Shown one piece after another: positions 1-8,800 of a DNA stretch of 64,000 bases (the first letter of the stretch is position 1; every line of letters starts with the position of its first letter). The position numbers were made by a program, and so were the translations under genes. The notes beneath the pieces are model-generated. The model saw only the letters and a list, made by a program, of their open reading frames with translations. It was not told the origin of the DNA and ran no database searches. The stretch is from the NCBI GenBank assembly GCA_951828235.1, contig OX639965.1, positions 1,668,212 through 1,732,211 of the forward strand. Reading direction: 5' to 3'. The stretch comes from an uncultured Gammaproteobacteria bacterium. GTDB lineage: Bacteria; Pseudomonadota; Gammaproteobacteria; Steroidobacterales; Foliamicaceae.

Positions 1-53
1 CCGGCGGGTTCAACGGCTGGAAGGACGAAGGTCTGCCTTTCGAGATTCCCAGG

Positions 54-866
54 ATGCTCAACGCGGATGCCCGGGAGCGCTATTCGCGCCACCTGGTCAT
101 GCCGGAAGTGGGCGAGGCGGGCCAGTTGAAGCTGCTGGAAAGCCGGGTGCTGCTGATAGGCGCCGGCGGTATCGGTTCGCCGGCGGCGCTGTACCTGGCC
201 GCGGCGGGCGTGGGCACGCTGGGCATCGTCGATCATGACGTGGTTGACCGCAGCAACCTGCAACGCCAGATCCTGCACTCCGACGAACGCGTGGGCGTGT
301 CCAAGGTGGCCTCGGCGCGCGAGGCGGTGCTGGCGCTCAACCCGGCCGTCAACGTGGTGGAGCATCGTTTGCGCCTGGAGAGCACCAACGTCGAGGAGGT
401 TTTCGAGGGCTACGACGTGGTGGTCGACGGTTCCGACAATTTCGCCACGCGCTACCTGGTCAATGACGCCTGCGTAAAGCACCGGATTCCCAACGTGCAC
501 GGCTCGGTGTTCCGTTTCGAGGGGCAGGTGTCGGTTTTCTGGCCGGCCCGCGAAGATGCCCCGGGCCCCTGCTACCGCTGCCTTTATCCGGAGCCGCCGC
601 CGCCCGAACTGGCGCCGTCCTGCGCGGAGGCGGGGGTGCTGGGCGTACTGCCGGGCATTGTGGGGCTTCTTGAGGCGGTGGAGGCAATCAAGATCCTGCT
701 TGGCGCCGGCGACCTGCTGGTGGGTCGGCTGTTGCACTATGACGCCCTGTCGGCGCGGTTCACGGAATTCACGCAGGCCCGCAACCCCGAATGCAGCTAT
801 TGCGCCGAGGACGCGGAGTTTCCCGGCTACATCGACTACCAGGAGTTCTGCGCCCTGGCAGGGTAG
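54..866 (+). CDS. ThiF/MoeB-family E1-like adenylyltransferase. The frame stays open to the left window edge (from nt 3) and encodes GGFNGWKDEGLPFEIPR, which resembles a rhodanese C-terminus. The protein may therefore be a rhodanese-ThiF fusion truncated by the window.
   Basis: Translation has RYSRHL, the Rossmann motif LLIGAGGIGSPAALYLAAAG, DHDVVDRSNLQRQ, and paired CxxC motifs (CYRC, CSYC). Confidence 0.85.
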   Translation: MLNADARERYSRHLVMPEVGEAGQLKLLESRVLLIGAGGIGSPAALYLAAAGVGTLGIVDHDVVDRSNLQRQILHSDERVGVSKVASAREAVLALNPAVNVVEHRLRLESTNVEEVFEGYDVVVDGSDNFATRYLVNDACVKHRIPNVHGSVFRFEGQVSVFWPAREDAPGPCYRCLYPEPPPPELAPSCAEAGVLGVLPGIVGLLEAVEAIKILLGAGDLLVGRLLHYDALSARFTEFTQARNPECSYCAEDAEFPGYIDYQEFCALAG

Positions 867-911
867 GCTGCGCAGCGGCGGTTCCATCAGTGCCCTGAGG
901 TTCGGGGGGTA

Positions 912-1874
912 ATGCAAGCAATGGCATTCGATTCTGGAGAAGCCGCGCTGCCGCTGGCGGGTGACGATGCCGGGCTGTTCGCGGGCATCGGCGAAACCCC
1001 CCTGGTCGAACTGGACTTCCTGGAGGAAATCCCCGAAGGCGTGCGGCTGTTCGCCAAGCTGGAGAGCACCAATCCCGGCGGTTCCATCAAGGACCGTCCG
1101 GTGGCCCGCATGCTGTCGGCCGCATTGCGCGACGGGCATCTCGACGGAGACCGGCGGCTGCTGGATTCCTCCTCGGGCAATGCGGGCATCGCCTACGCCA
1201 TGCTGGGCGCCGCGCTGGGTATTCCGGTCACCCTGGTGGTGCCCGGCAACGCCAGCCGGGAGCGCCTTCAGCGGATCGAGGCGCACGGCGCGGAACTGAT
1301 CCTGACCGACCCCATCGAGGGCTACGACCACGCGCTGCGCGAGTCGCAACGGCTTGCCAGGGAGCAGCCGGAACGCTACTGGCATTGCGACCAGTACGCC
1401 AACGACGAAAACTGGAGGGCCCACTATCACGGCACCGGCGCCGAACTGCTGGCGCAGGTCGGCGAGGCCGTCGGCAGCGCGCCCGACGCCTTTGTCGCCG
1501 GCGTCGGCACCGGCGGCACCATTACCGGGGCCGGCCACAGGTTGCGCGAAGCCAATCCCGGCCTGCACATCGCCTGCGTGATTCCGGAAGTGTTTCCGGG
1601 CATCGAGGGCCTCAAGCCGCTGGGCGCACCCGACGATATCGTGCCCGCCATCCTGCGCGAGGAGCTGATCGACGAGCGCATCGACGTGCGCATGGAGCAG
1701 GCCACGCCTGTCTGCCGGCGGCTCTCGAAGGCCGGGCTGTTCGTGGGGCCGTCGTCCGGCGCCTACGTGCACGCCGCCCTCAAGGTTGCCGCCACCGGCC
1801 GCTACCCCGTCGTCGTCACCATTCTGTCGGACGGCGGCGAACGCTACGCCTCCACCGGCATGTGGGGGCGCTGA
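912..1874 (+). CDS. cysM: PLP-dependent cysteine synthase family enzyme (CysM-like).
   Basis: NPGGSIKDRP lysine motif, SSGNAGIA, and GTGGTITG glycine loop. It lies directly downstream of the ThiF-like gene. Confidence 0.8.
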   Translation: MQAMAFDSGEAALPLAGDDAGLFAGIGETPLVELDFLEEIPEGVRLFAKLESTNPGGSIKDRPVARMLSAALRDGHLDGDRRLLDSSSGNAGIAYAMLGAALGIPVTLVVPGNASRERLQRIEAHGAELILTDPIEGYDHALRESQRLAREQPERYWHCDQYANDENWRAHYHGTGAELLAQVGEAVGSAPDAFVAGVGTGGTITGAGHRLREANPGLHIACVIPEVFPGIEGLKPLGAPDDIVPAILREELIDERIDVRMEQATPVCRRLSKAGLFVGPSSGAYVHAALKVAATGRYPVVVTILSDGGERYASTGMWGR

Positions 1875-1885
1875 CTCCCGGGAGG

Positions 1886-2671
1886 CTAAACGGGAACCGT
1901 GTAGTTCAGCGGCAGGCGGCCGCCGTCGGCGAACAGGGTCTGGCCGGTGATGTAGGAAGCCATTTCGCTGGCCAGGAACACGGCCACCGAGGCGATCTCT
2001 TCCGGTTGGCCCAGGCGGCCCATGGGGGTGCGCGACAGGATCATGCGCCGCGCGTTCTCGTCGGTCATCACGCTCTTGAGAATCTCGGTCTCGATCGAGC
2101 CGGGACCGATGGCGTTGACCCGAATGCCGTGCGCGGCGAGGCCCAGGGCCATCGCCCGGGTGAGCTGCGAGAGCCCGCCCTTGGACACCACGTAGGCGAG
2201 CTGGCTGGGAATCGCCAGCCGTTCGTTCACCGAAGACATGTAGAGGATGCTGCCCTTGCTCCCGCGCTTGACCATTTCGCGGGCCGCGAGTTGCCCCAGC
2301 ACGAATCCGGCGCGCAGGTTGACGCGGTGCACGCGGTCGAATTCCTCGCGGCTTACCGTCAGCACGTCTCCGGGCGCCAGGATGCCGGCGTTGCTCAGGA
2401 GGATGTCCAGGCCGTCGAAGTGATCGGCCGTGGCGGCGATGAGGCCCTCGCACTGCTCGTCGTCGCCCACGTCGCAGTGGTGCGCCAGGGTCGTGGCGCC
2501 GGTTTCCGCGGCGATCTCGCGCGCCGCCTGCTCGCAGCCTTCGCGATCGATGTCGGCCAGCGCGACGCCGGCGCCGTGCTGCGCGAAGGCCAGGGCGCAG
2601 GCGCGGCCGATGCCCCGGGCGGCGCCGGTTACCAGGGCGGTCCTGCCTTCGAGGAGTCTGCTGCCGTTCAC
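1886..2671 (-). CDS. Short-chain dehydrogenase/reductase (SDR).
   Basis: TGAARGIG cofactor motif and YxxxK (YVVSK). A GTG start at 2671 forms a GTGA overlap with the upstream stop; the longer track ORF (to 2731) would overlap the upstream gene by 64 nt. Confidence 0.8.
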   Translation of the reverse strand: MNGSRLLEGRTALVTGAARGIGRACALAFAQHGAGVALADIDREGCEQAAREIAAETGATTLAHHCDVGDDEQCEGLIAATADHFDGLDILLSNAGILAPGDVLTVSREEFDRVHRVNLRAGFVLGQLAAREMVKRGSKGSILYMSSVNERLAIPSQLAYVVSKGGLSQLTRAMALGLAAHGIRVNAIGPGSIETEILKSVMTDENARRMILSRTPMGRLGQPEEIASVAVFLASEMASYITGQTLFADGGRLPLNYTVPV

Positions 2672-3567
2672 GCCGCGGGCGTGTGCTGTTTGAGGTACCA
2701 CTCGGCGATTTCCTCGCGCGTGGTCCACCACACGCCCGGCAGCGACTTGGCGTGCTCGATGAATTCGCGCAGGGCGCGCATGCGGTAGGCGCGCCCCGAA
2801 ACGTGCGGATGCAGCCCCACGTTCATCATGCGCGCCTGGGTCGCGCCCTCCGCGTACAGCTCGTCGAGTTCGTCTATCAGGATGTCGCGGAACTCGCCGG
2901 TCGTGTGGCTGCGCCGTGTGAGAATCGTGAAGTCGTTGATTTCATTTGAATACGGTGTGGAAACGATGTTCCCGTGCGGGGTCCGTATCAGGTACGGCTG
3001 ATCGTCGTTCATCAGGTCGCAGTAGAACAGCAGCCCCGCCTCGGCCAGGATCCCCGGCGTGGCCAGCGTGCCCCGCAGCGACGAGGACAGCCAGCCGCGC
3101 GCCTTGCGCCCGACGGTGCGCTCGTAGATATCCAGCGTGCGGTGAATCACCTCGCGCTCGCGCGCCTCGTCGCCGGAAAAGTCGGTCAGCAGCTCGCCCT
3201 GCTCGTAGTTGTGGGCGATCAGTTCGCAGCCGCGCTGCAGGGCGGCCTGCACCATGGGCAGGCGCCGCTCGCAGGTCACGGCATTGAGCGTGCAGGCAGG
3301 CGTGACGCCCAGTTTGTCGAACAGCTCGAACTGCCGCCAGATGCCCACCCGCTGGCCGTACTCGCGCCAGGTGTAGTTCGGGAAATCCGGCACCCTGCCC
3401 GGCAGGGCGTCCGGAAGAATCGGCGGCCCGCCCGCGTAGTACGGCGCGTCGGTGTCCTTGACGAGGTCCCAGGTTTCGAGATTGAACGTGATCAGCAGCG
3501 CTACGCGCTTGCCGTCGGGCCACTCAAGCCGCGGCCGCTGCGTAATCGGCGTGTATTCGTACTCCAC
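2668..3567 (-). CDS. Polysaccharide deacetylase-fold hydrolase, PuuE/allantoinase-like (paralogue 1 of 3).
   Basis: Length and motifs (WPDGKRVALLITFNLE, REYGQRVGIWR, GLHPHVSGR) are shared with the ORFs at 8800 and 9734. Confidence 0.7.
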   Translation of the reverse strand: MEYEYTPITQRPRLEWPDGKRVALLITFNLETWDLVKDTDAPYYAGGPPILPDALPGRVPDFPNYTWREYGQRVGIWRQFELFDKLGVTPACTLNAVTCERRLPMVQAALQRGCELIAHNYEQGELLTDFSGDEAREREVIHRTLDIYERTVGRKARGWLSSSLRGTLATPGILAEAGLLFYCDLMNDDQPYLIRTPHGNIVSTPYSNEINDFTILTRRSHTTGEFRDILIDELDELYAEGATQARMMNVGLHPHVSGRAYRMRALREFIEHAKSLPGVWWTTREEIAEWYLKQHTPAA

Positions 3568-3574
3568 CGGAGTA

Positions 3575-4321
3575 CTAGTGCTCGGCCATCAGCGAGCCGA
3601 AGCCGTAGACCCTGTCTTCGATGCCGTTCTTGCGCAAGGCGTGCCAGTAGGTGCAGGTATTGATTGCCAGAACCGGCTTGCCCAGCCAGTTCTCGGCCTC
3701 CGGCGCGATGTGCGCGAACGCCAGGTTGGTGCCCACCTGGATGATCAGTTCCACCGAGTCGTCGTTGACCTCGTGTACGGCCCGCCGCAGCGTGGCCGGG
3801 CTCTCATGCGCGATCAGCATCGGGCTCCTGCTTTTCAGCCCCACCAGGTGCACCACCTCGAAGCCGCAATCCTCGAAGAAGTTGCGCACTTCCTTGTCCC
3901 CCACCGGCATATAGGGCGTGATCACGCCGATCCGCTTGATGTCGCCGTAGCAGGCGATGGCGTCGCGGCAGGCGTGCGAACCCAGGCCTACCGTCACGCC
4001 GGCGCGCTCCTCCAGGTTCTTCTTCAGCTGCTCGGCTCCCAGCACGCCCTCCCAGAACGTCTCGGCCGACATGCCCATCACCACGTAGTCCGGGCTGCAG
4101 GTCATGACGCGATCCACGGCGTTCTCCGTTTCCGCGCGGATGTTCTCCATCAACTGCAGGAATTCCTCGTCGCTATTTACGGGGTCGTCCGGAATCCAGG
4201 CTCGGGAAAAGTGATTGGTCACGCCGCGCGGGCGCATGTCGTCGTATTCCGGCTGCACACTGGTGTTGGTGGACGGCGCCACCACACCGAACTTCATGCG
4301 CCATCCCAGGGTATCGGTCAT
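3575..4321 (-). CDS. Asp/Glu/hydantoin racemase superfamily protein (maleate isomerase / arylmalonate decarboxylase-like).
   Basis: GVVAPSTNTSVQPE N-terminal motif and a QVGTNL second-half motif. It is a paralogue of 57424-58167. Confidence 0.7.
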   Translation of the reverse strand: MTDTLGWRMKFGVVAPSTNTSVQPEYDDMRPRGVTNHFSRAWIPDDPVNSDEEFLQLMENIRAETENAVDRVMTCSPDYVVMGMSAETFWEGVLGAEQLKKNLEERAGVTVGLGSHACRDAIACYGDIKRIGVITPYMPVGDKEVRNFFEDCGFEVVHLVGLKSRSPMLIAHESPATLRRAVHEVNDDSVELIIQVGTNLAFAHIAPEAENWLGKPVLAINTCTYWHALRKNGIEDRVYGFGSLMAEH

Positions 4322-4332
4322 TGCTGGTCCCC

Positions 4333-5136
4333 CTAGTCCTTCAGAATAAAGTCAGCCACGATGCGGGTCCATTCCTCGGGCTGTTCGTCCACGATGTCGT
4401 GAGTGCCGCCTTGCAACTCGGCGTATTCGAAATCGGGCCTGAGCTTGTTTACTAGCTTGCAGACCTCGTAAATGTCGTCTCCGGTGTTGGTCAACACCAG
4501 CGTCGGCTGGGTCATCTTGCGCAAAGGCACGGAAAGGTCATGGGCGAAGGCGGCGGCGTGGCCGAACCTGGCTTTCTCGCCGGCGATCAGCATCTGCACC
4601 ACGCCCCAGTGCATGGCGCGCAGGTTGGTCCAGCCTGGCGTGAAGTGCAGCCGCCGGTTCCACACGTCCATGAGGTGGCTGCCGTCCGCCTTCACTTCGG
4701 GCTCGGCGCGCTTGCCGGTCGCCTCGCTCCACTTGGCCTGCTCCTCGCGGGTCAGCAGCGGCGCGCCGTTCAGCACTACCCGGGTAACCCGCTCCGGCTC
4801 CATTACCGCGAGTTCCGCGGCTATGGAAGCGCCGGTGTGGTGGCCCAGCAGCGCCGTGCGTTCCAGCTCCAGATGATCGATCACGCTGCGGATGGCTTGC
4901 GCGTAGTCCGGGATCCAGGGTTGCTCGTCGGGTACGTGGGACTGGCCGAAGCCGGGCGTATCTACGCCGATCGCGCGTATGCCGCGCTCCGCCAGCGGCT
5001 GATAGGCGGCCTCGAACATCTCCGAGGAGCTGGGCGACTGGTGAAGCAGCAGCAGCGGCGTGCCGCTGCCCGCCTCCTGGTAATGGATCTGCCCGAACGG
5101 CCCGTCGGCGTAGCCTTTGCGTCTTTTGGGGCTCAT
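4333..5136 (-). CDS. Alpha/beta-fold hydrolase.
   Basis: LLLLHQSP oxyanion region and a GHHTGA nucleophile-elbow-like motif. The ATG at 5136 (MSPKRRKGY) lies inside the terminal repeat of the tnpB element; the alternative ATG is at 5154. Confidence 0.7.
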   Translation of the reverse strand: MSPKRRKGYADGPFGQIHYQEAGSGTPLLLLHQSPSSSEMFEAAYQPLAERGIRAIGVDTPGFGQSHVPDEQPWIPDYAQAIRSVIDHLELERTALLGHHTGASIAAELAVMEPERVTRVVLNGAPLLTREEQAKWSEATGKRAEPEVKADGSHLMDVWNRRLHFTPGWTNLRAMHWGVVQMLIAGEKARFGHAAAFAHDLSVPLRKMTQPTLVLTNTGDDIYEVCKLVNKLRPDFEYAELQGGTHDIVDEQPEEWTRIVADFILKD

Positions 5137-5149
5137 ATACCTAAGTTGC
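5128..5149. repeat. Terminal inverted repeat of the tnpB element (end next to the tnpB stop codon).
   Basis: GGGGCTCATATACCTAAGTTGC. It contains the tnpB TAG stop (5141-5143) and the hydrolase ATG (5134-5136). Confidence 0.75.
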
Positions 5150-6418
5150 TGCATCAGCGGCGACCGCCGGTATATCTCGTTGACGGTTCATCGGAGGGGC
5201 CAGCGCCCACGCTCCTCGCCGTCCAGAAGCCCCAGTCCCCCGGGCCAGTATGTTCAACGCGGCATTGATATCCGCATTGCCGTAACGCCCGCAGGCGCGG
5301 CACTCGAAGCTGGCCTGCGAGCGCCGGTTGTCCTTTGCGACATGCCCGCAGTGCGAGCAGGTCTGAGAAGTGTAGGCCGGATCAACCTCGATCAGATCGG
5401 CGACCTTGTAGGCAAGCTTGTCGCGCAAGCCGCCCCAGCCGGTGTCGAGGATCCCCCGGTTCAGCCGCGCCTTGGCCCGCACCCTGCTGCCGGGGCGCCG
5501 GGCTGTGCCCTTCGCCGACTTCGTCATCGCCTCGATGTCCAGCTTCTCGACCACTACCGTTCCGGCGGTGGATACGAGATCACGGCTGGCGTGGTGCTGC
5601 CAGTTGGCGCGGATCATCGCCAGCTTCCTCGAGACCGACGCCCGTCGATGCCGGGCCAGGGCCCTTCTCTTCGAGCCCTTCCTGCGCCGGTCCATCATCC
5701 GCTGGTAGCGGTTCTCGCGGCCCTGCAGCTTCGCGACCTCGGGCGTGTGCAGGATCTCTCCGCCGCTGGTGGCGACTTGGCCGACGTTGCGGTCAAGGCC
5801 GAGGGTACGGCCATTGTCGTGCGGCGCCACGAGCTCGTCGGGAACCTCGTAGCACACCGTGCAGTACCAGCGCCCCAGCACGCGCTTGACCACGGCCTGC
5901 TTCGGCACATGGGCGTCATAGGGGTTGCCGCCCGAACGCCGCAGTACGCACCAGCCGATCTTCGGAATCCAGAGCCGGCGCACGCCGGTGATGGAGTCGA
6001 TGCGTATGGTCACGTTCTGCGGGATCGTGAACGAGTCATCGCCCCGGCGGGCCTTGAACTTCGGGAAGCCCGCCTTCGGATCGGTGAAGGTCCGCTTCCA
6101 GGCATCGGCCTGGCGCTTGAGGGCATAGCGCACCGGAGCGCAAGGGAGAGACTGTAGCCAAGGGGTCTCGGCACGAAGTTCCTTGAACCGCTTGCCGAGC
6201 GAGAAGAATGTGAGCGAGGGCTTTGCCGGGCGCTCGAAGCACATTCCAAGAAGCGTGTCCTCGCAGAAGCGCGGAGTGTCGCAATGCAGCCGGTACTGTT
6301 CCTTGGTCTCCGCCAGCACCCGGTTCCAGACCCAGCGGCCCGCGCCAGCGGTCTGAGAGACCTTCTCCGCCTTCGCGGCGCTGCCCGGGGCCAGGCGGAA
6401 TGTGATGTTGCGGTGCAT
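5141..6418 (-). CDS. tnpB: TnpB (OrfB) RNA-guided endonuclease of the IS200/IS605-IS1341 type; appears intact.
   Basis: RuvC-like residues in LGLDRNVGQ, VVVEKLDIE and NADINAALNI. Zinc ribbon CSHCGH...CRACG. 425 aa. Confidence 0.9.
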   Translation of the reverse strand: MHRNITFRLAPGSAAKAEKVSQTAGAGRWVWNRVLAETKEQYRLHCDTPRFCEDTLLGMCFERPAKPSLTFFSLGKRFKELRAETPWLQSLPCAPVRYALKRQADAWKRTFTDPKAGFPKFKARRGDDSFTIPQNVTIRIDSITGVRRLWIPKIGWCVLRRSGGNPYDAHVPKQAVVKRVLGRWYCTVCYEVPDELVAPHDNGRTLGLDRNVGQVATSGGEILHTPEVAKLQGRENRYQRMMDRRRKGSKRRALARHRRASVSRKLAMIRANWQHHASRDLVSTAGTVVVEKLDIEAMTKSAKGTARRPGSRVRAKARLNRGILDTGWGGLRDKLAYKVADLIEVDPAYTSQTCSHCGHVAKDNRRSQASFECRACGRYGNADINAALNILARGTGASGRRGAWALAPPMNRQRDIPAVAADAAT

Positions 6419-6472
6419 AAGACTATTTTATCAAGTATCACCTTGAAATGCTTGAGGAAAACATGGGATCTT

Positions 6473-6494
6473 GCAACTTAGAGGTATAAGCCCC
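6473..6494. repeat. Terminal inverted repeat of the tnpB element (end upstream of the tnpB start).
   Basis: The reverse complement GGGGCTTATACCTCTAAGTTGC matches 19 positions of the 5128-5149 repeat when two 2-nt gaps are allowed. Confidence 0.75.
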
Positions 6495-6597
6495 TTTCAT
6501 ATCGTCTCGAATCCCTCTCCCGGGCGGGCTAGTGTAGCGTAGCAAACAGCCCCCGTGTCTTATACTTGCGCCCCGCAAGCGGGCCTGGAGCAAGCCA

Positions 6598-8073
6598 GTG
6601 ACTGATGGCACCCATGAATTCGATTTGCTGATCAAGAACGTGCGCGTGGCGCGGGCCGGCGGGGACGGCCTGGAACATCTCGATATCGCGATCAAGGGCG
6701 GGCGTTTCGCAAGCCTGGCGCCGGACATCGCCGCCGGGAGCGCCAGGGAAACCTACGACGCACGCAACCGGATTGCATTTCCCGGGGTGGTGGATCCCCA
6801 CATGCACTGCGGCATCTACGGCCCGCTGGAGCAGGACGCGCAGACCGAGAGCCGGGCTGCGGCCCAGGGCGGCGTGACCTCAAGCCTCAACTACATGCGA
6901 ACCGGGCAGTACTACCTGAACAAGGGCGGTCCGTATGCCGAGTTCTTCCCCGACGTGCTGGAGAAGTCCGACGGGCGCTTCCACGTGGACTACTGCTATC
7001 ACCTGGCGCCCATGGACAGCACCCACATTTCGGAACTGCCCATGCTGGTGGGCGAGCACGGGGTGACCTCGTTCAAGATCTTCATGTTCTACGGCAGCTA
7101 CGGGCTGCACGGCGCCTCCGTGAGCCAGAACGACTTCCTGATGATCGGCGAGGACGAACGCTACGACTACGCGCACTTCGAATTCGTGATGCGCGGCGTC
7201 AAGCGCGCCATGCAGGAGCACCCGGACGCCGCCCCCGCCGTCAGCCTCAGCCTGCACTGCGAAACGGCGGAGATCATGCAGGCGTATACGAAGATCGTGC
7301 AGGATGAGGGCAGGCTCACCGGCCTGCACGCCTATCATGCCGCGCGGCCACCCCACTCGGAAGGGCTGGCGATTTGCATCGCTTCGTACCTGGCGCATGA
7401 GACCGAACTGCCCAATATCAATCTATTGCACCTGAGTTCGGCCAAGGCGGTGGACGCGGCGCTGCGCATGCAGGGTGCTTTCCCGCACATCGACTTCCGG
7501 CGCGAGGTCACCATCGGCCACCTGGTTCTGGACGTGGACACGCCCAACGGCAACCTGGCCAAGGTCAACCCGCCGATCCGCCCGCGCGAGGACGTGGAGT
7601 TCCTTTGGGAGAAGCTGCTGGAGCGCAAGCTCGACTGGGTGTGCAGCGACCATGCCTGCTGCAAGCACGAGCGCAAGGTGAGCCAGGACAATCCCGACGA
7701 CATCTGGCTGGCGAAGTCCGGCTTCGGCGGCACCGAGTACCTGCTGTCCGCGCTGGTCAGCGAGGGGCGCGGCCGCGGCATGAGCTTCAATCACATGGCG
7801 GAGGTGACCAGCCTGAACCCGGCGCGCCGCTTCGGGCTTTCACGCAAGGGCGACATCGCCGAAGGCCTGGACGCGGATCTGGCGATCGTGGATCCCGATG
7901 AGAACTGGACAGTCCGGGCCGAGGAATCGGAGTCCCAGCAGGGTTACACGCCGTTCGAAGGCGTGGAACTCGGCGCCCGGGTCAAGACCACTTTCCTGCG
8001 CGGACGCCGGATCTACGACGACGGCGCCGTTATCGGCGCCCCCACCGGCGAGTTCATTCGCCGCCCGATGTAG
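6598..8073 (+). CDS. Cyclic amidohydrolase (dihydropyrimidinase/hydantoinase-like).
   Basis: GVVDPHMHCG metal-binding HxH motif, typical about 490-aa length, GTG start. Confidence 0.8.
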   Translation: MTDGTHEFDLLIKNVRVARAGGDGLEHLDIAIKGGRFASLAPDIAAGSARETYDARNRIAFPGVVDPHMHCGIYGPLEQDAQTESRAAAQGGVTSSLNYMRTGQYYLNKGGPYAEFFPDVLEKSDGRFHVDYCYHLAPMDSTHISELPMLVGEHGVTSFKIFMFYGSYGLHGASVSQNDFLMIGEDERYDYAHFEFVMRGVKRAMQEHPDAAPAVSLSLHCETAEIMQAYTKIVQDEGRLTGLHAYHAARPPHSEGLAICIASYLAHETELPNINLLHLSSAKAVDAALRMQGAFPHIDFRREVTIGHLVLDVDTPNGNLAKVNPPIRPREDVEFLWEKLLERKLDWVCSDHACCKHERKVSQDNPDDIWLAKSGFGGTEYLLSALVSEGRGRGMSFNHMAEVTSLNPARRFGLSRKGDIAEGLDADLAIVDPDENWTVRAEESESQQGYTPFEGVELGARVKTTFLRGRRIYDDGAVIGAPTGEFIRRPM

Positions 8074-8086
8074 CGAGGTCGAACCG

Positions 8087-8800
8087 ATGCCACAGATGCA
8101 AACCTCCAACCTGACGCCTCGCCAATACTGGGAAGAGGTCAAGTCCAACCCCAACCGGGCGCGCTTCGGCTTTGGGGAAAAGGCGGCGTTGATCAACATT
8201 GATCTGCAGCGCGCCTATACGGACATCGACAGCTTTCCGACGGCCTACCAGACGAACCCCGACCAGATCGATTACATCAACCGCCTGTCGGCGCTGGCGC
8301 GCGAACGGAACATGCCGGTGATCTGGACCTACGTCGCCTACATGGACAACGCCGACGACGCCGGCGTCTGGGGCACGCGCACCGACACCGAGAATTCGCT
8401 TCAGAACATCAAGGAGGGCGGCGCCCGCTCGGAACTCGACCCGCGATTGGAGGTGGACCGCGAACGCGACGCCGTGGTGAACAAGCGCATGGCAAGCGTC
8501 TTTCACGACAGCCTGATACCCTCGCTTCTGGTCTGGCACAAGGTGGACACGGTGATCCTCACCGGCGGCAGCACCTCCGGTTGCCTGCGCGCCTCCGCGG
8601 TCGCCTCGCTCTCGCACGGCTATCGGACGATCGTCCCGGAAGAGTGCGTCGCCGACAAGCACGAGATACCCCACTTCGCCAACCTCTGCGACATCATGCT
8701 CAAGTATGCGGATGTGGAGCCCTTCGCCACGGTGGCCGGCTGGCTGGAGAACCATCCCGGCTGTGCGCCGATTCGTCAGGCCCGCGGCGCCGGCTTCTAG
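8087..8800 (+). CDS. Isochorismatase-family cysteine hydrolase (N-carbamoylsarcosine amidase / ureidoacrylate amidohydrolase-like).
   Basis: ALINIDLQ (Asp), KRMASVF (Lys) and TGGSTSGCLRAS (Cys) give a catalytic-triad pattern. The ATG at 8087 follows the hydantoinase stop; the longer track ORF overlaps it. Confidence 0.8.
   Translation: MPQMQTSNLTPRQYWEEVKSNPNRARFGFGEKAALINIDLQRAYTDIDSFPTAYQTNPDQIDYINRLSALARERNMPVIWTYVAYMDNADDAGVWGTRTDTENSLQNIKEGGARSELDPRLEVDRERDAVVNKRMASVFHDSLIPSLLVWHKVDTVILTGGSTSGCLRASAVASLSHGYRTIVPEECVADKHEIPHFANLCDIMLKYADVEPFATVAGWLENHPGCAPIRQARGAGF

Larger units (their letters stand above)
5128..6494 (-). mobile_element. tnpB-only insertion element (1367 bp) bounded by imperfect 22-bp inverted repeats. 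No transposase gene and no detectable target duplication.
   Basis: Left end is GGGGCTCATATACCTAAGTTGC at 5128-5149. The right end, 6473-6494, reads GGGGCTTATACCTCTAAGTTGC as reverse complement. An AT-rich 76-bp leader lies upstream of tnpB. Confidence 0.7.

Noticed and set aside
1385-2788. 467-aa plus-strand ORF overlapping the cysM 3' end and the SDR gene.
   Set aside because: The translation is Arg/Ala/Gly/Pro-rich and low in complexity, typical of an antisense or off-frame shadow ORF in high-GC DNA. The overlapping ORFs have clear enzyme motifs.
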